Origin: Naegleria gruberi
Lineage: Eukaryota
Length of the DNA: 64,000 bases
Assembly (NCBI GenBank): GCA_000004985.1
Contig: GG738847.1
Direction: 5' to 3' (one strand)
In this document: positions 54,864 through 64,000 of the stretch, piece by piece
Layout of the letters: each line of letters begins with the position of its first letter
Position numbering within the stretch: position 1 is the first letter of the stretch
Position numbers and translations under genes: made by a program
Notes under the pieces: model-generated
Seen by the model: the letters and a program-made list of their open reading frames with translations, nothing else
What the model was told of the DNA's origin: nothing
The model's database searches: none

Positions 54864-57377
54864 TTATTGCTCTCTTGGAATTGGATTGACTGGTGGTGGG
54901 AAGTAGCCACTGTATGCGGTAACAACTGGAGTAGCGAAAGGTGGAGGAACCATCATTCCAGGTTGTGGATAATAATGATAAGGGAAAGGTTGCGGATTAG
55001 TTTGTGGATGAATAGCAGTTTGGGAATCAATATCAACAGATGTAATAGAAGTAGCATCTGCATCCTTAAAGCTCTTTCTTTGCTCAATTTCTTCATCATC
55101 CAACCAAGTAGGACCAACAGACTTTTCGAATTGATCTAGACTAACCTTGAAAAAGTGATTACGAATTTGAATATCTTCTATCTTTCCAGCCCAAGAAACT
55201 GTTCTGAAATTATTATTGTAAGATGGGTTTGTTGGAGGGAATTGAGGAGTATAGACAAATGGTGTACCAACTGCAGGTGGATATCCAACAATAGGAGGTG
55301 TAGGATAGAATCCAACTCCTACACCTGGAGGAACCATTTGTGGAGGTTGAGTGACTTGTGGCATTTGAGGGTTTGTTGGAGGTGTGGTTGTACTAGTTGG
55401 AGGTGTTGGTGTGGTAATCTTTGGAACGAATGCAGGAGTCTTTGGATTAAAAACGAAAGCTTTAGCATTAGGATTAAGTGTTGACTTTGGTTTTGGCTTT
55501 TCTTCTTCTTTTGGTTGTTCTTTCTTAGTTTCTGTGGCTGGCTTGGTTTCAGTTGTTGGTTTAGTGGCAGCAGAAGTGGTTGTTGATTCTGGAGCGTCCT
55601 TAATCTTGGAAGAGAGGAGAGAACTGAATTCCTTGAATGATGATGTTTCCTTTTCTCTATTTCTATTCAAGTCACTGGACTTCTTCTTGTATTCCATAAA
55701 ATGTTCAACAACTTCTGGTGTTACCTTTGGTACGAAAGGATGTAAGTGCAATGACATAATACTTTCCTTGATTGGATTTGGAGTAGAAGGACTTGTTGCC
55801 TTAGGGAATCCAAGTGGAGAAGAAGGAAGAGTTGGACTCATAGTACCACTTCCCAATTTTGGACTAACAGTAACTGGTTTAGTGAGTTGAGCTCTAATGT
55901 TCTTATGTTCTTCAATCTTTTGTGGAAGTGGAGCTGATCCAATAGTAAATGAATTACTTCTACCAGGTCTAGTTGTATCTACTAACAAATTGGTAACATT
56001 CTTTGGTTTTGGGGTTTCAATTGGAATACTTTGAGATTTCTCAATGAGAGACTTTTCTGGAAGAACTACTTGACTCACAGAACGGCTTTTACCAATTGAT
56101 CCCTTGATACCTTCAATAATAGGTGAGAGAGGCTTAATCTTGATAGGTTCCTTATCAAGAACAGCTTCTGCTTCTTGAGTTTGCTTTACAATTGGTTGAG
56201 AAGTAGGATGACCCTTTGGTTGCTTGTGTGGAGGTACATATTTTCCAGGAGTTGATGGTTGAGTAGCATTTGTTGCCAATGGTTGAGTAGTCTTTGGAAT
56301 ATTCTTCTTTGGTTGCTTTTTGAAAGCTGATGCACCCTTTGGATCACGAATAACAGAACTGTACAAGTCTTCTTCTGAAATATCAGTTTGTTCCAATAAA
56401 CCTCTTTCTTCCAAAATGTGAATACTATTAAGAGATGGAGCACTCTTTTCAATTTCTTCAGCAATTCTACTAGCTTTAGCAGCATGAGTTTTGTAGAAAT
56501 CAGAATTTCTGTCAAGATTTGTAGTATATAAATGTTCCTCATAAGTAGATTTAACACCAAACTTATTCAAGTTTTCAGAAAATTGATCCCATTGTCTTGG
56601 AGCATAAGTACCCTCTTCAAGTGAAATAAGTTCAGCTTCATTTTCTTCAGGTTGCCATTTAATTAATTCCTTTTCTGTTTGTTGTCTATTAGAAATTTCA
56701 GTATCAGTTTTGAATGATGTAAATGCCTTTTTAGCATTAAAGGTAATATTCTTAGCATAAATTTGTTGAACATCCTTTGATTTGAAGGTCATTGTTTCAT
56801 GAATAGTTTGAGTACCACTTCCTCCAATTAATTTAGCAAGTGTCAAAACAAAAACAAAATCATCATTTAAGGAATCGGCTTTAGCAGTGTGGAAAATACC
56901 TTCATAAACTTCTCCAGAAACATTGACAATTTCAACTACATGTCCAACGAAATTCAAAAAGAGGAAGAACATTCTCTTTCTGTTGATTTCAGACTTGTGT
57001 TTGTATTGTTCATTGTTCTCACTATGAGTAGTATTGTGAGTATTCTTTACACGAGGTGGGTTTGTATTAACATTTGATCCGTTCTTATTTTGATGTTGAT
57101 TTGGTTGTTGATTGTTGTTTGGGACTGATCCCTTATTGTTGTTATTAGCATTGTTTCTCTTTTGATTATTATCCATAGTATTATTACTAGAAGGAGAAGG
57201 CTTGGTCTTGTTACTCCAAGCAGAATTATTGTTGTTGTTGTTTGGTGTTTGTTGTTGTCCAGAGCTTTGATTCTTCTTCAGAGTTGTTGTTGATTGGCTG
57301 GAAGATGCTGGCGAAGCATTGCCAACAACACCAGAAGAACCAACAGCAGCGCCGCCGTTGTTTTGCTTGGACACCAT
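54864..57377 (-). CDS. ATXN2: Ataxin-2 homolog (Lsm + LsmAD domains, PAM2 motif, Pro/Gln-rich C-terminus)
   Basis: 837-aa single ORF. N/Q/S-rich N-terminus. Lsm-like RMFFLFLNFVGHVVEIVNVSGEVYEGIFHTAKAD...DFVFVLTLAKLI. LsmAD-like ...ELIKWQPEENEAELISLEEGTYAPRQWDQFSENLNKFGVKSTYEEHLYTTNLDRNSDFYK. PAM2 motif KSTLNPNAKAFVFNPKTP. Confidence 0.8.
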   Translation of the reverse strand: MVSKQNNGGAAVGSSGVVGNASPASSSQSTTTLKKNQSSGQQQTPNNNNNNSAWSNKTKPSPSSNNTMDNNQKRNNANNNNKGSVPNNNQQPNQHQNKNGSNVNTNPPRVKNTHNTTHSENNEQYKHKSEINRKRMFFLFLNFVGHVVEIVNVSGEVYEGIFHTAKADSLNDDFVFVLTLAKLIGGSGTQTIHETMTFKSKDVQQIYAKNITFNAKKAFTSFKTDTEISNRQQTEKELIKWQPEENEAELISLEEGTYAPRQWDQFSENLNKFGVKSTYEEHLYTTNLDRNSDFYKTHAAKASRIAEEIEKSAPSLNSIHILEERGLLEQTDISEEDLYSSVIRDPKGASAFKKQPKKNIPKTTQPLATNATQPSTPGKYVPPHKQPKGHPTSQPIVKQTQEAEAVLDKEPIKIKPLSPIIEGIKGSIGKSRSVSQVVLPEKSLIEKSQSIPIETPKPKNVTNLLVDTTRPGRSNSFTIGSAPLPQKIEEHKNIRAQLTKPVTVSPKLGSGTMSPTLPSSPLGFPKATSPSTPNPIKESIMSLHLHPFVPKVTPEVVEHFMEYKKKSSDLNRNREKETSSFKEFSSLLSSKIKDAPESTTTSAATKPTTETKPATETKKEQPKEEEKPKPKSTLNPNAKAFVFNPKTPAFVPKITTPTPPTSTTTPPTNPQMPQVTQPPQMVPPGVGVGFYPTPPIVGYPPAVGTPFVYTPQFPPTNPSYNNNFRTVSWAGKIEDIQIRNHFFKVSLDQFEKSVGPTWLDDEEIEQRKSFKDADATSITSVDIDSQTAIHPQTNPQPFPYHYYPQPGMMVPPPFATPVVTAYSGYFPPPVNPIPREQ

Positions 57378-57578
57378 TTTTTTAAACTTTAAATAATTTA
57401 TTTTTAAATTTGTGATGCGTTATTTGGGATGAAGCATACAGATTTCAATTCCCGCCAAAATAAGTAATTAGGGAATGTGATTTCGGTGAGGATTCATTAA
57501 TCTGGTGTTGGATATTCCTTTGCTTCTGAATTATGTCACATTGTAGATTGTGTTTAATTTGGTAATGGGGGAAATGTA

Positions 57579-58814
57579 TTATTTTGAGGTGGAAACTGAA
57601 AGAGTTGAGGAACAATAAGGACAACTACCAAAGACTGTATCAAAGGATTGATGAGTGCCTGGAATTGATCTCAACCATTCAATGAGACACTCAGAATGGA
57701 ATGGCATACCACACTTGACATTATCACAGACCTTATCTGGGATTTTCATGTTGAGACGATAAGAGTAGCAGACACCACAATTTTCAGAGAATTCATCTTG
57801 TTCTGTGGTTGGGTCGGTTGAAGGTTTTGGAAATTCGATATCCATAAGTGTTTCCAAATTCTCTCGTAATAGTTTGTTCATATTCCACTTGTTTCTATTG
57901 TTATTGAGGTTGAACTTTAGGGGTGAAATAATTGAATCAGATCCCAAAAGTTTGATATCTTTTGGTTTTTCTCTAGGTTTGAATGGATCAATAACTATTT
58001 GCATTGAGCAATGGTTACCAATGACAATACGTCTCATGGTGTGAGCTCGTGTTGGTTTCTCAGGTTCTAAAACTCGAACATTGGTATCAAAATCCTCAAT
58101 AACATCAAAAAAGTCACTAATCTTCTCAATCATTTCCTTATATTTTTCATAAATGATTGAAAGTGTTAATTTAGATGACAACAAATCCTTCTGTTGAAAA
58201 TCATTAGAAGTATCCATATCTTGTGAGCTATTTACAATATTTAACAAATCTTGATCAATTATTGATTGACATTCGGGTGGTATTTCTGCTGTTGTCATTT
58301 CCATATTTGAGGTTTTCACTTCCACAAAATGGTCTCGCCTCTTTTTATCTACAACTGACAAAGTTACCACTGACAAGTCCACCTTCAAATCAGCAACTTT
58401 ATCCCATCCAATTTCATCTATTTGTTTCATAAATTGTTGATAGAAGTTTCCAGATATTTCACTCTTTACAGTTTCCTCTCGATTATTATTTACACCTTGA
58501 ATTTGTTCTAATGAATTTTTCATTTCCATCAATATATTAGGAATTGGCTTTTTATCATGTTTTGCCATTCTATTCATTAAAATTTGTTGATAGGTTTGTC
58601 CTCCTACATTTGGTTTTTTAGAAAGTAATTCTTGTAGTGGTGGAGATCCTAGAATTTCCATTGTTTTTAAATCTGCACCTTCTTTTTTAAATTTAATTTG
58701 ACAAGAAACCTCACAACAATTGTTCAAGTTGATAAATCCGTGATATTGTGTAAAATCACTATTCATCGGAACGAGTAGTGGAAGAAAATCAGGGAGGTTT
58801 TGTTGTTGAGACAT
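57579..58814 (-). CDS. FANCL: E3 ubiquitin ligase FANCL (Fanconi anaemia group L) homolog
   Basis: 411-aa ORF. The C-terminal PHD/RING-like finger ENCGVCYSYRLNMKIPDKVCDNVKCGMPFHSECLIEWLRSIPGTHQSFDTVFGSCPYCSSTL is collinear with human FANCL CGICYAYQLDGTIPDQVCDNSQCGQPFHQICLYEWLRGLLTSRQSFNIIFGECPYCS. The upstream region is consistent with ELF/DRWD lobes. Confidence 0.8.
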   Translation of the reverse strand: MSQQQNLPDFLPLLVPMNSDFTQYHGFINLNNCCEVSCQIKFKKEGADLKTMEILGSPPLQELLSKKPNVGGQTYQQILMNRMAKHDKKPIPNILMEMKNSLEQIQGVNNNREETVKSEISGNFYQQFMKQIDEIGWDKVADLKVDLSVVTLSVVDKKRRDHFVEVKTSNMEMTTAEIPPECQSIIDQDLLNIVNSSQDMDTSNDFQQKDLLSSKLTLSIIYEKYKEMIEKISDFFDVIEDFDTNVRVLEPEKPTRAHTMRRIVIGNHCSMQIVIDPFKPREKPKDIKLLGSDSIISPLKFNLNNNRNKWNMNKLLRENLETLMDIEFPKPSTDPTTEQDEFSENCGVCYSYRLNMKIPDKVCDNVKCGMPFHSECLIEWLRSIPGTHQSFDTVFGSCPYCSSTLSVSTSK

Positions 58815-58936
58815 TTTTTTGTAATGTTAAACTGGTTGTTGGCAAGTAATAAGTGGAAATACAATGAATAGAATGGCAAAACAATAGATGCTAATTGACA
58901 GTGGACTATTGTTTATATTGTGTTTGGAATATGTAT

Positions 58937-60103
58937 TTATCCATTCATTTCTTCATCTTCATCAATAAAATCTTCGACAGCATCTTCCCATTCATCATCA
59001 TTTTCATCAATAATGTCGTCTGGAATAACACCTCCTAATTTTTGCTTCATGTTATTCAAATCTTCTTGAATTTCCTTCAAAAACATGCCATCTTCTTTAA
59101 CTTTCTTACCAATATTTAAGGCCTTTTCAAGATATTTAACAGCAATATCTGTTTGTCCTAAAGAATCAATACAAATACCCAATAAATACCACAAATCTAC
59201 GACTTCATCAAATTGGTCCTTCAATTGTTCCAGTATAGTTTTAGCTTCTTGATGTAATTGTAATTCAATAAGATTTTTAGCAGTTGATAATTTGAAATCA
59301 TATCCCATAACTAAATCAGAATATGTTGAATTTGTAGATTCCTTCAATCTATTTCCTTCATCAATAACTTTTTGAGCAACAATTTGCATAATACTCTTTC
59401 CTTCTTCTGGTTTACATTGACACATATTCAAGTGAGCAATTGTTTGTAAAAGATTAATATCCCAATTATTGAGTGGCACGTTATTATAAAATTCCTTGGC
59501 CATAGTAACACACTTTTCACATTCTTGTTCGGCATTTTCTTCAAAACACAAATCTGTCATGTACAATTCACAAAGTGAACACAATCCTTGTATGTATAAT
59601 TGTTTAATTTCGTCGTTGCTATTATTTGTTCTGATAATTTCTTGAATGATTCCGAGTCCATTATTAAAGTATTGAGCACTTTCCTTTCCTCCAGAAATTT
59701 GACCCAAATACATGATGGAAGGATAATGGTGTGGATTAACTATTTATTCGGATCAACAAATAATTAATATTATATATAATAAAAACATACCATGAACAGC
59801 TTGTTTTAAAAAGTGTTGTGAATTGGTTGGGTCTCCCATTTCAAGATAAATTTCTCCCATCAAGAATAACAATTCAAAAAGCCTTGGTGATGTTGAGAAT
59901 TTTCTAATTCCCTTATCCAATATGGTTCTACATTCTTCCAATTGGAATTTTTCCTTCATTTCCATCACATTTTCAATAATTGAATCAATAGTCATTGGTC
60001 CTGATTGCACAGATGATGAGGGTTGCGGAGTTGTTGTCTTTTTCTTCAGTGCGTTTGCTCTTCCGGCAGCACCAACGTTCTTTCTTCTGTGATTGTTTGG
60101 CAT
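58937..60103 (-). CDS. Hypothetical TPR-like protein (about 371 aa) with acidic C-terminus; 2 exons (60103-59791, 59739-58937) with 51-nt intron
   Basis: Exon 1 MPNNHRRKNV...LFELLFLMGEIYLEMGDPTNSQHFLKQAVH, then donor GTATGT and acceptor ...AAATAG. Exon 2 VNPHHYPSIMYLGQISGGKESAQYFNNGLGI...YLEKALNIGKK...DENDDEWEDAVEDFIDEDEEMNG. Combined length is a multiple of 3. Confidence 0.55.
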
Positions 60104-60194
60104 TTTTTTTAATCTTCAATTATTTTTACTTGCAAATCTTTTGAGAAGTTTATTTGTAAAATTGTTAAACAAAATTTATCAATTACACCTAAAC

Positions 60195-61148
60195 TCAAAT
60201 ATTTTTCATAATATTATCCCGAATTGGTTTTGGAACTACGTTCATCATAGCTTCTTTAGTAATTACTACTTCATTGGCCTCAACAGTAGTTGGTACCGAT
60301 AACGGCCATGATATTAAGCCTCGCACATAACCGTTTGTTTTTGTATGATTTTCAAGGCTCTTTTTCCAACCATTAAAACGTCCCTCCTCATTGTTGACAC
60401 GTTTACCAAAAAAATTTTCCGGTTTTACAGAGTATCTTGCTTTGTCCATTGTGGATTTTGTAATCTTGCCTAATGATGAATATTTACAACTAATGAATAT
60501 CAAAAATTGCTGGTATTGCACTATAATATCAGGTCCAGGACCGGTAGAGTCGTCTAAAGGAACAATTATTCTAAATTCGACCTCCCATTTGGTGGGATCA
60601 ATTAAATCATCAACAGTGATATAGTTATCTGTTTGGGTTGGCTGTTCACTAAGAGTATTTAAGTAAAATAATTTCTTGTTAACCGTTAATGGACTCTTCT
60701 GTTCCAACTGCCCTAATATTGTTGCAGCACCTTGGCACTTATCAAGGTTCAACAACGGCAAGAGAGCCAAAAATGTTTTCAAATTTGGTGAATAGAGTAA
60801 AACATTAGCAATAACGACTTCCAACTGTTTACCTTTACTTCTTGGATCAGTCAATAATGACAACAGTATAGCTTCTCTGAAGTAGGGTTTGTCTGTTCCA
60901 AGATTTTGAAGTGCTTTTTTTACTTGTTCGCGTTTATCAGACACTTTTTGTTTACTTTTCTCATCTTCAGTTTCTGGGTTACTGGAAGAAGCTGTTGATT
61001 GTGGACTGGAAGTAATTTTCTGTTGTTGCTTGGTGGTTGGGCTTGTTGCGGTCTTTTTACTTGTTGTTTTAGAGGGAGGTTTATTCTTTGCTGTGTCTTT
61101 GGACATTTTTTTGTTGGAAAGTTCTGTCATCGAAGCAAACAACAACAA
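60195..61148 (-). CDS. Hypothetical protein (317 aa) with Ser/Thr/Lys-rich N-terminus
   Basis: Single ORF. Probable start MTELSNKKMSKD.... No recognisable motif. Confidence 0.4.
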   Translation of the reverse strand: MLLFASMTELSNKKMSKDTAKNKPPSKTTSKKTATSPTTKQQQKITSSPQSTASSSNPETEDEKSKQKVSDKREQVKKALQNLGTDKPYFREAILLSLLTDPRSKGKQLEVVIANVLLYSPNLKTFLALLPLLNLDKCQGAATILGQLEQKSPLTVNKKLFYLNTLSEQPTQTDNYITVDDLIDPTKWEVEFRIIVPLDDSTGPGPDIIVQYQQFLIFISCKYSSLGKITKSTMDKARYSVKPENFFGKRVNNEEGRFNGWKKSLENHTKTNGYVRGLISWPLSVPTTVEANEVVITKEAMMNVVPKPIRDNIMKNI

Positions 61149-61227
61149 AAAATAAGGTTAATTACTCAGTTTACAACGAATTTGGCACCTCTGATGATTC
61201 CCATATGCAACTTTACAAGTTCCATCA

Positions 61228-62364
61228 ATGATCGGAAGACCAAAAAATTCACCAAATGCTGTTTTTCAACCACAACATGAATTCAAGTGTCACATTGGAG
61301 AGGAGTTACATCAATTTCCATTTCGATATGATGAATTTAAACCCATTATTTCTTGTGGAATAGTTCAGGATTGGGACGAAATGATTATTTTATTGGAATA
61401 TTGTTTGAAGAAGGTTCCCAAGTTTGATATGCAAGAGGGAAAATATACTAGGAGAGTTGTACTGAATGAACCATTGTTGAATCCCATAAAGAATAAGCAG
61501 AAATGGTTTGAAATCTTGTTTGAATATTTTGAATTTCATTCACTTGTTCCTCAAGTTCAACCATTGGCTGCACTTTATGCAAGTGGAAGGACAACTGGAT
61601 TGGTGTTGGATGTTGGAGAGGATTGTACTCAGATATTACCAGTTTATGATGGATATGCATTATCGAATGTGATGAATAAGATGAGATCTTGGGGTGGTAG
61701 GGTGGGAGGAGGTGATTTGACAAAATTTGTGGCTAGTCAATTGAGTCAGGTTGGAATAAGAAATCATAAATGGGAAGGAGATTTGAAATATGAGTCAGGT
61801 TGGGAGTTTTCCAATTCTGGAAGAGAAATTAGTAAGAAAATCAAAGAGAGATTGGCCTATGTTGCTCCTAATTATTGGAAAGAAGTGGAATTAAATGCAG
61901 AGAGTTCTCAATTGAGTAGAACTTTTGAGCTACCAGATAAGACCACCATAACCATTGATGATCTAAGGTTCAAGTGTGGAGAGGTTTTATTTAGACCATC
62001 AGAGTTTCTGGGAGTGGACTATGTTGATGGTGGTATAGATGATCTACTCATCAATACTCTATTGAAATCACCAATTGATTGTAGAAATGATTTTTCAAAC
62101 AATATTGTATTATGTGGAGGAACAGCACTAATGCCCGGCTTTAAAGAGAGATTGGAGTTGGAAGTTCAAAGCAGAATACTTCCTCCTCATTTACCTACGC
62201 CAAAAGTCAATGTAATTCAACAAGTGGAAAGTAGCTATTTATCTTGGATTGGTGGAGCTATCATAGGGTCGTTAGGACTTACTACTCATTATATATTCTC
62301 AAGAGAAGGTTATATGGAAAGTGGTGTGGATATTAATAGGCCTTATTCTTTGAATCTCAGCTAA
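61228..62364 (+). CDS. Actin-related protein (actin fold, divergent); N-terminal end unresolved (possible 1-nt frame offset from ATG at 61193)
   Basis: MIGRPKN... (actin IVGRPRH), GIVQDWDEM (actin GIVTNWDDM), LNEPLLNP (actin LTEAPLNP), [30 protein letters not shown] (actin [30 protein letters not shown]), [20 protein letters not shown] (actin ITIGNERFRCPEALFQPSF), [12 protein letters not shown] and SWIGGAI. The first-phosphate-loop region of actin (DNGSG) is missing or encoded upstream in another frame. Confidence 0.75.
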   Translation: [378 protein letters not shown]

Positions 62365-62422
62365 ATATGTCGAAACACTTTTATTTTCAATCTCTTTGAG
62401 GTTTATCATTAGTTTTTCTTTT

Positions 62423-63445
62423 TTATTCATGATAGTTCAAAGCACACTCTGCCAATTCTCTTTCTGGTTTGAATCCACTTCTCACATAGACGCCATTTGA
62501 AGTTGGATTTGTGGCATCAGCAAAGAGGAAAATCTTATCAAACATTAATTCTCCACTCAAAGAATCCTTCTTTTCGAATAAATGTTTGGAAATGGATTGA
62601 ATCATGAAGGAAGCAATACCTTTTCCTCTATATTCTTCCTCAGTCCAAACGTAGGAATATCTGCAAGCTTTTGGAATTGGTGTTGCAATAGTGGTGGCCA
62701 AAACTTTTGAGTCTCCTTTGCGAGTAATGTAAAAACTGTACTCTGATTGTGAAGGTTTCATGAGAATATTTTCCAAAATGAATTCTTCACTGAGTTGATC
62801 TCTGTTTGGAAAACAATATTTCCAGAATTTTTGGATCATTCCAGTGTAAATCTTAACTAGTTCACTATTGGAAGTGTCCAAAATTTTGACTTCATATTCT
62901 GTCTCTGTTTTTGGAAGTACTAAATTGTCTCGTGAGAGTGCATATGAAATCATTCTATCGGTGACTTGGTATGTTGGAGCTTTGCTTGAATCTTTGAATA
63001 AATTCACATATTCCTTACATAATACCAAGCATTCTTCCTCATCAGATAAAACTCCTGTCAACTTTCTTCCAAGTTTTCTAATAATTCCCTCAAGATCATC
63101 AAAAGACAAATCTTTACTAGAATTTTCAATTCTAAGAGATGTAAAATCTTGTGTAAATAGAATGTTAGTGAGTCCCTTCAAAATAGCATGTCTCAACTCT
63201 GTACTTTGTTCAGTAATGATTTGAAAACTCAGAGTCATAAAGTGTGGTGGGGTCCAAATTGCAACCATTTGAATATTAGTATTACTATCCTTCACAATCA
63301 TGAGCAATCTCTCATGAAGAGGATATCTGCTCGGAGAATCCATCATGGATTTTGAAATGCCAAGTTGCAAGTTATTTTCTGATGGATAGCGAGTGAGATA
63401 GGCACTTGCAGAGAGGAAGAATTGTGTCGTATCAGTGAAAAACAT
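62423..63445 (-). CDS. Hypothetical protein with C-terminal GNAT (N-acetyltransferase)-like fold
   Basis: 340-aa ORF. The C-terminal ...RYSYVWTEEEYRGKGIASFMIQSISKHLF...IFLFADATNPTSNGVYVRSGFKPE resembles GNAT motifs A/B (R/Q-x-x-G-x-G/A). Confidence 0.45.
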   Translation of the reverse strand: MFFTDTTQFFLSASAYLTRYPSENNLQLGISKSMMDSPSRYPLHERLLMIVKDSNTNIQMVAIWTPPHFMTLSFQIITEQSTELRHAILKGLTNILFTQDFTSLRIENSSKDLSFDDLEGIIRKLGRKLTGVLSDEEECLVLCKEYVNLFKDSSKAPTYQVTDRMISYALSRDNLVLPKTETEYEVKILDTSNSELVKIYTGMIQKFWKYCFPNRDQLSEEFILENILMKPSQSEYSFYITRKGDSKVLATTIATPIPKACRYSYVWTEEEYRGKGIASFMIQSISKHLFEKKDSLSGELMFDKIFLFADATNPTSNGVYVRSGFKPERELAECALNYHE

Positions 63446-63608
63446 TACGGTGAGATCGGAGCCAGTTGATTTTTATGGCTTGCTAATCAGATTTGCAGTA
63501 TGTTAAAAAGATTTACACAGCCTCAATTCTGATTTTACAGTGAAAATAATTTAACTCAGGACTTGGAAGAAAAAACCTTCTTACAATAAATAGATATGTT
63601 ATTTACAA

Positions 63609-64000
63609 TTAATTATGCTCGAGTAGGTTTGCAAAGTCAGAGTAGGATGATAGAATCTTTTGTTGATATTCTGCGAGTATTCCAACAATCATTTCCTTTT
63701 CGCTTTCATCCATTTCATTTCTTTCAGAAATATCAAGTGCTGTTGCAACAAGGTTTTCATAATATTCCATTTGCTCAGGTTTGAGATTATCATATGTAAT
63801 TGGTCTATGGACTCTCATTATTTTTTCAAATTCTTCAGCTACAACAGAAGCCCTATCTACAATACTTTGTGGAACACCTGCTTTCTTGGCAACTTGAATA
63901 CCATAACTCTTTTCGCAAACACCTCTTGCAAATTGGTAAAGGAAAATAACATCAGTAATTCTTCCTGTTTCGTCCTTTTCAACTTCGCATTCCATTTGAT
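63609..64000 (-). CDS. MutS-homolog (DNA mismatch repair) C-terminal region; gene continues beyond window end
   Basis: ...CEVEKDETGRITDVIFLYQFARGVCEKSYGIQVAKKAGVPQSIVDRASVVAEEFEKIM matches the MutS domain V helix-turn-helix consensus (FLYKL..G....SYGI.VA.LAG.P..VI.RA). The tail EEFEKIMRVH resembles MSH6-type tails. The frame is open to position 64000. Confidence 0.7.
   Translation of the reverse strand, partial: QMECEVEKDETGRITDVIFLYQFARGVCEKSYGIQVAKKAGVPQSIVDRASVVAEEFEKIMRVHRPITYDNLKPEQMEYYENLVATALDISERNEMDESEKEMIVGILAEYQQKILSSYSDFANLLEHN

Noticed and set aside
1-64000. Prokaryotic defence/operon-type systems (restriction-modification, toxin-antitoxin, CRISPR-Cas and similar)
   Set aside because: Spliceosomal introns, the pol III 5S gene, the eukaryotic gene set (proteasome, CWC15, formin, ataxin-2, FANCL) and codon usage show this is eukaryotic nuclear DNA. 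No bacterial-type system is present.

Overview
This window is eukaryotic nuclear DNA with no prokaryotic operon structure. It is about 65% AT, and its codon usage favours cca, aga, ggt and tta. Asn/Gln/Ser homopolymer runs are frequent in coding regions. Introns are very short (40-63 nt) and mostly of the GTAAGT...(T)nAG type. The 5S rRNA closely resembles Dictyostelium 5S. From these signals I infer a dictyostelid social amoeba, probably not D. discoideum, because the 5S gene here is chromosomal and dispersed. Gene density is high, with roughly 38 protein genes in 64 kb.

Genes I could identify by conserved sequence:
- DPH1, a FAM32A-like protein, PAAF1, proteasome beta-2 (PSMB2), CWC15, an eIF3m-like PCI protein and TRMT2A.
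- A diaphanous-type formin, an ataxin-2 homolog, FANCL, an actin-related protein and a rhodanese-domain protein.
- A mitochondrial-carrier-like protein and a MutS-homolog C-terminus that runs off the window end.

The most unusual loci:
- An ABCG-type half-transporter with a roughly 1000-aa extracellular N-terminus and a degenerate ATPase domain; it also carries a frame break.
- A very large class III adenylyl-type cyclase carrying a PAS domain and an N-terminal polytopic membrane domain.
- A P-loop NTPase (Walker A GIGKTT, Walker B LVLVDEVD) gene interrupted by a single in-frame TAG, lying next to an AIG1/IRG-like GTPase.
- An F-box plus Ras-like pseudo-GTPase.
- A roughly 545-bp MITE-like element with 20-bp terminal inverted repeats.
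- A truncated tRNA-Asp(GUC)-like fragment embedded in dispersed repeats.
- A perfect 26-bp inverted repeat spanning a start codon.

The assembly shows three in-frame single-stop interruptions and about six apparent 1-nt frame offsets, several in homopolymer or repeat context. This pattern looks more like indel errors than real pseudogenes. All intron coordinates were derived by hand and may be off by 1-2 nt.
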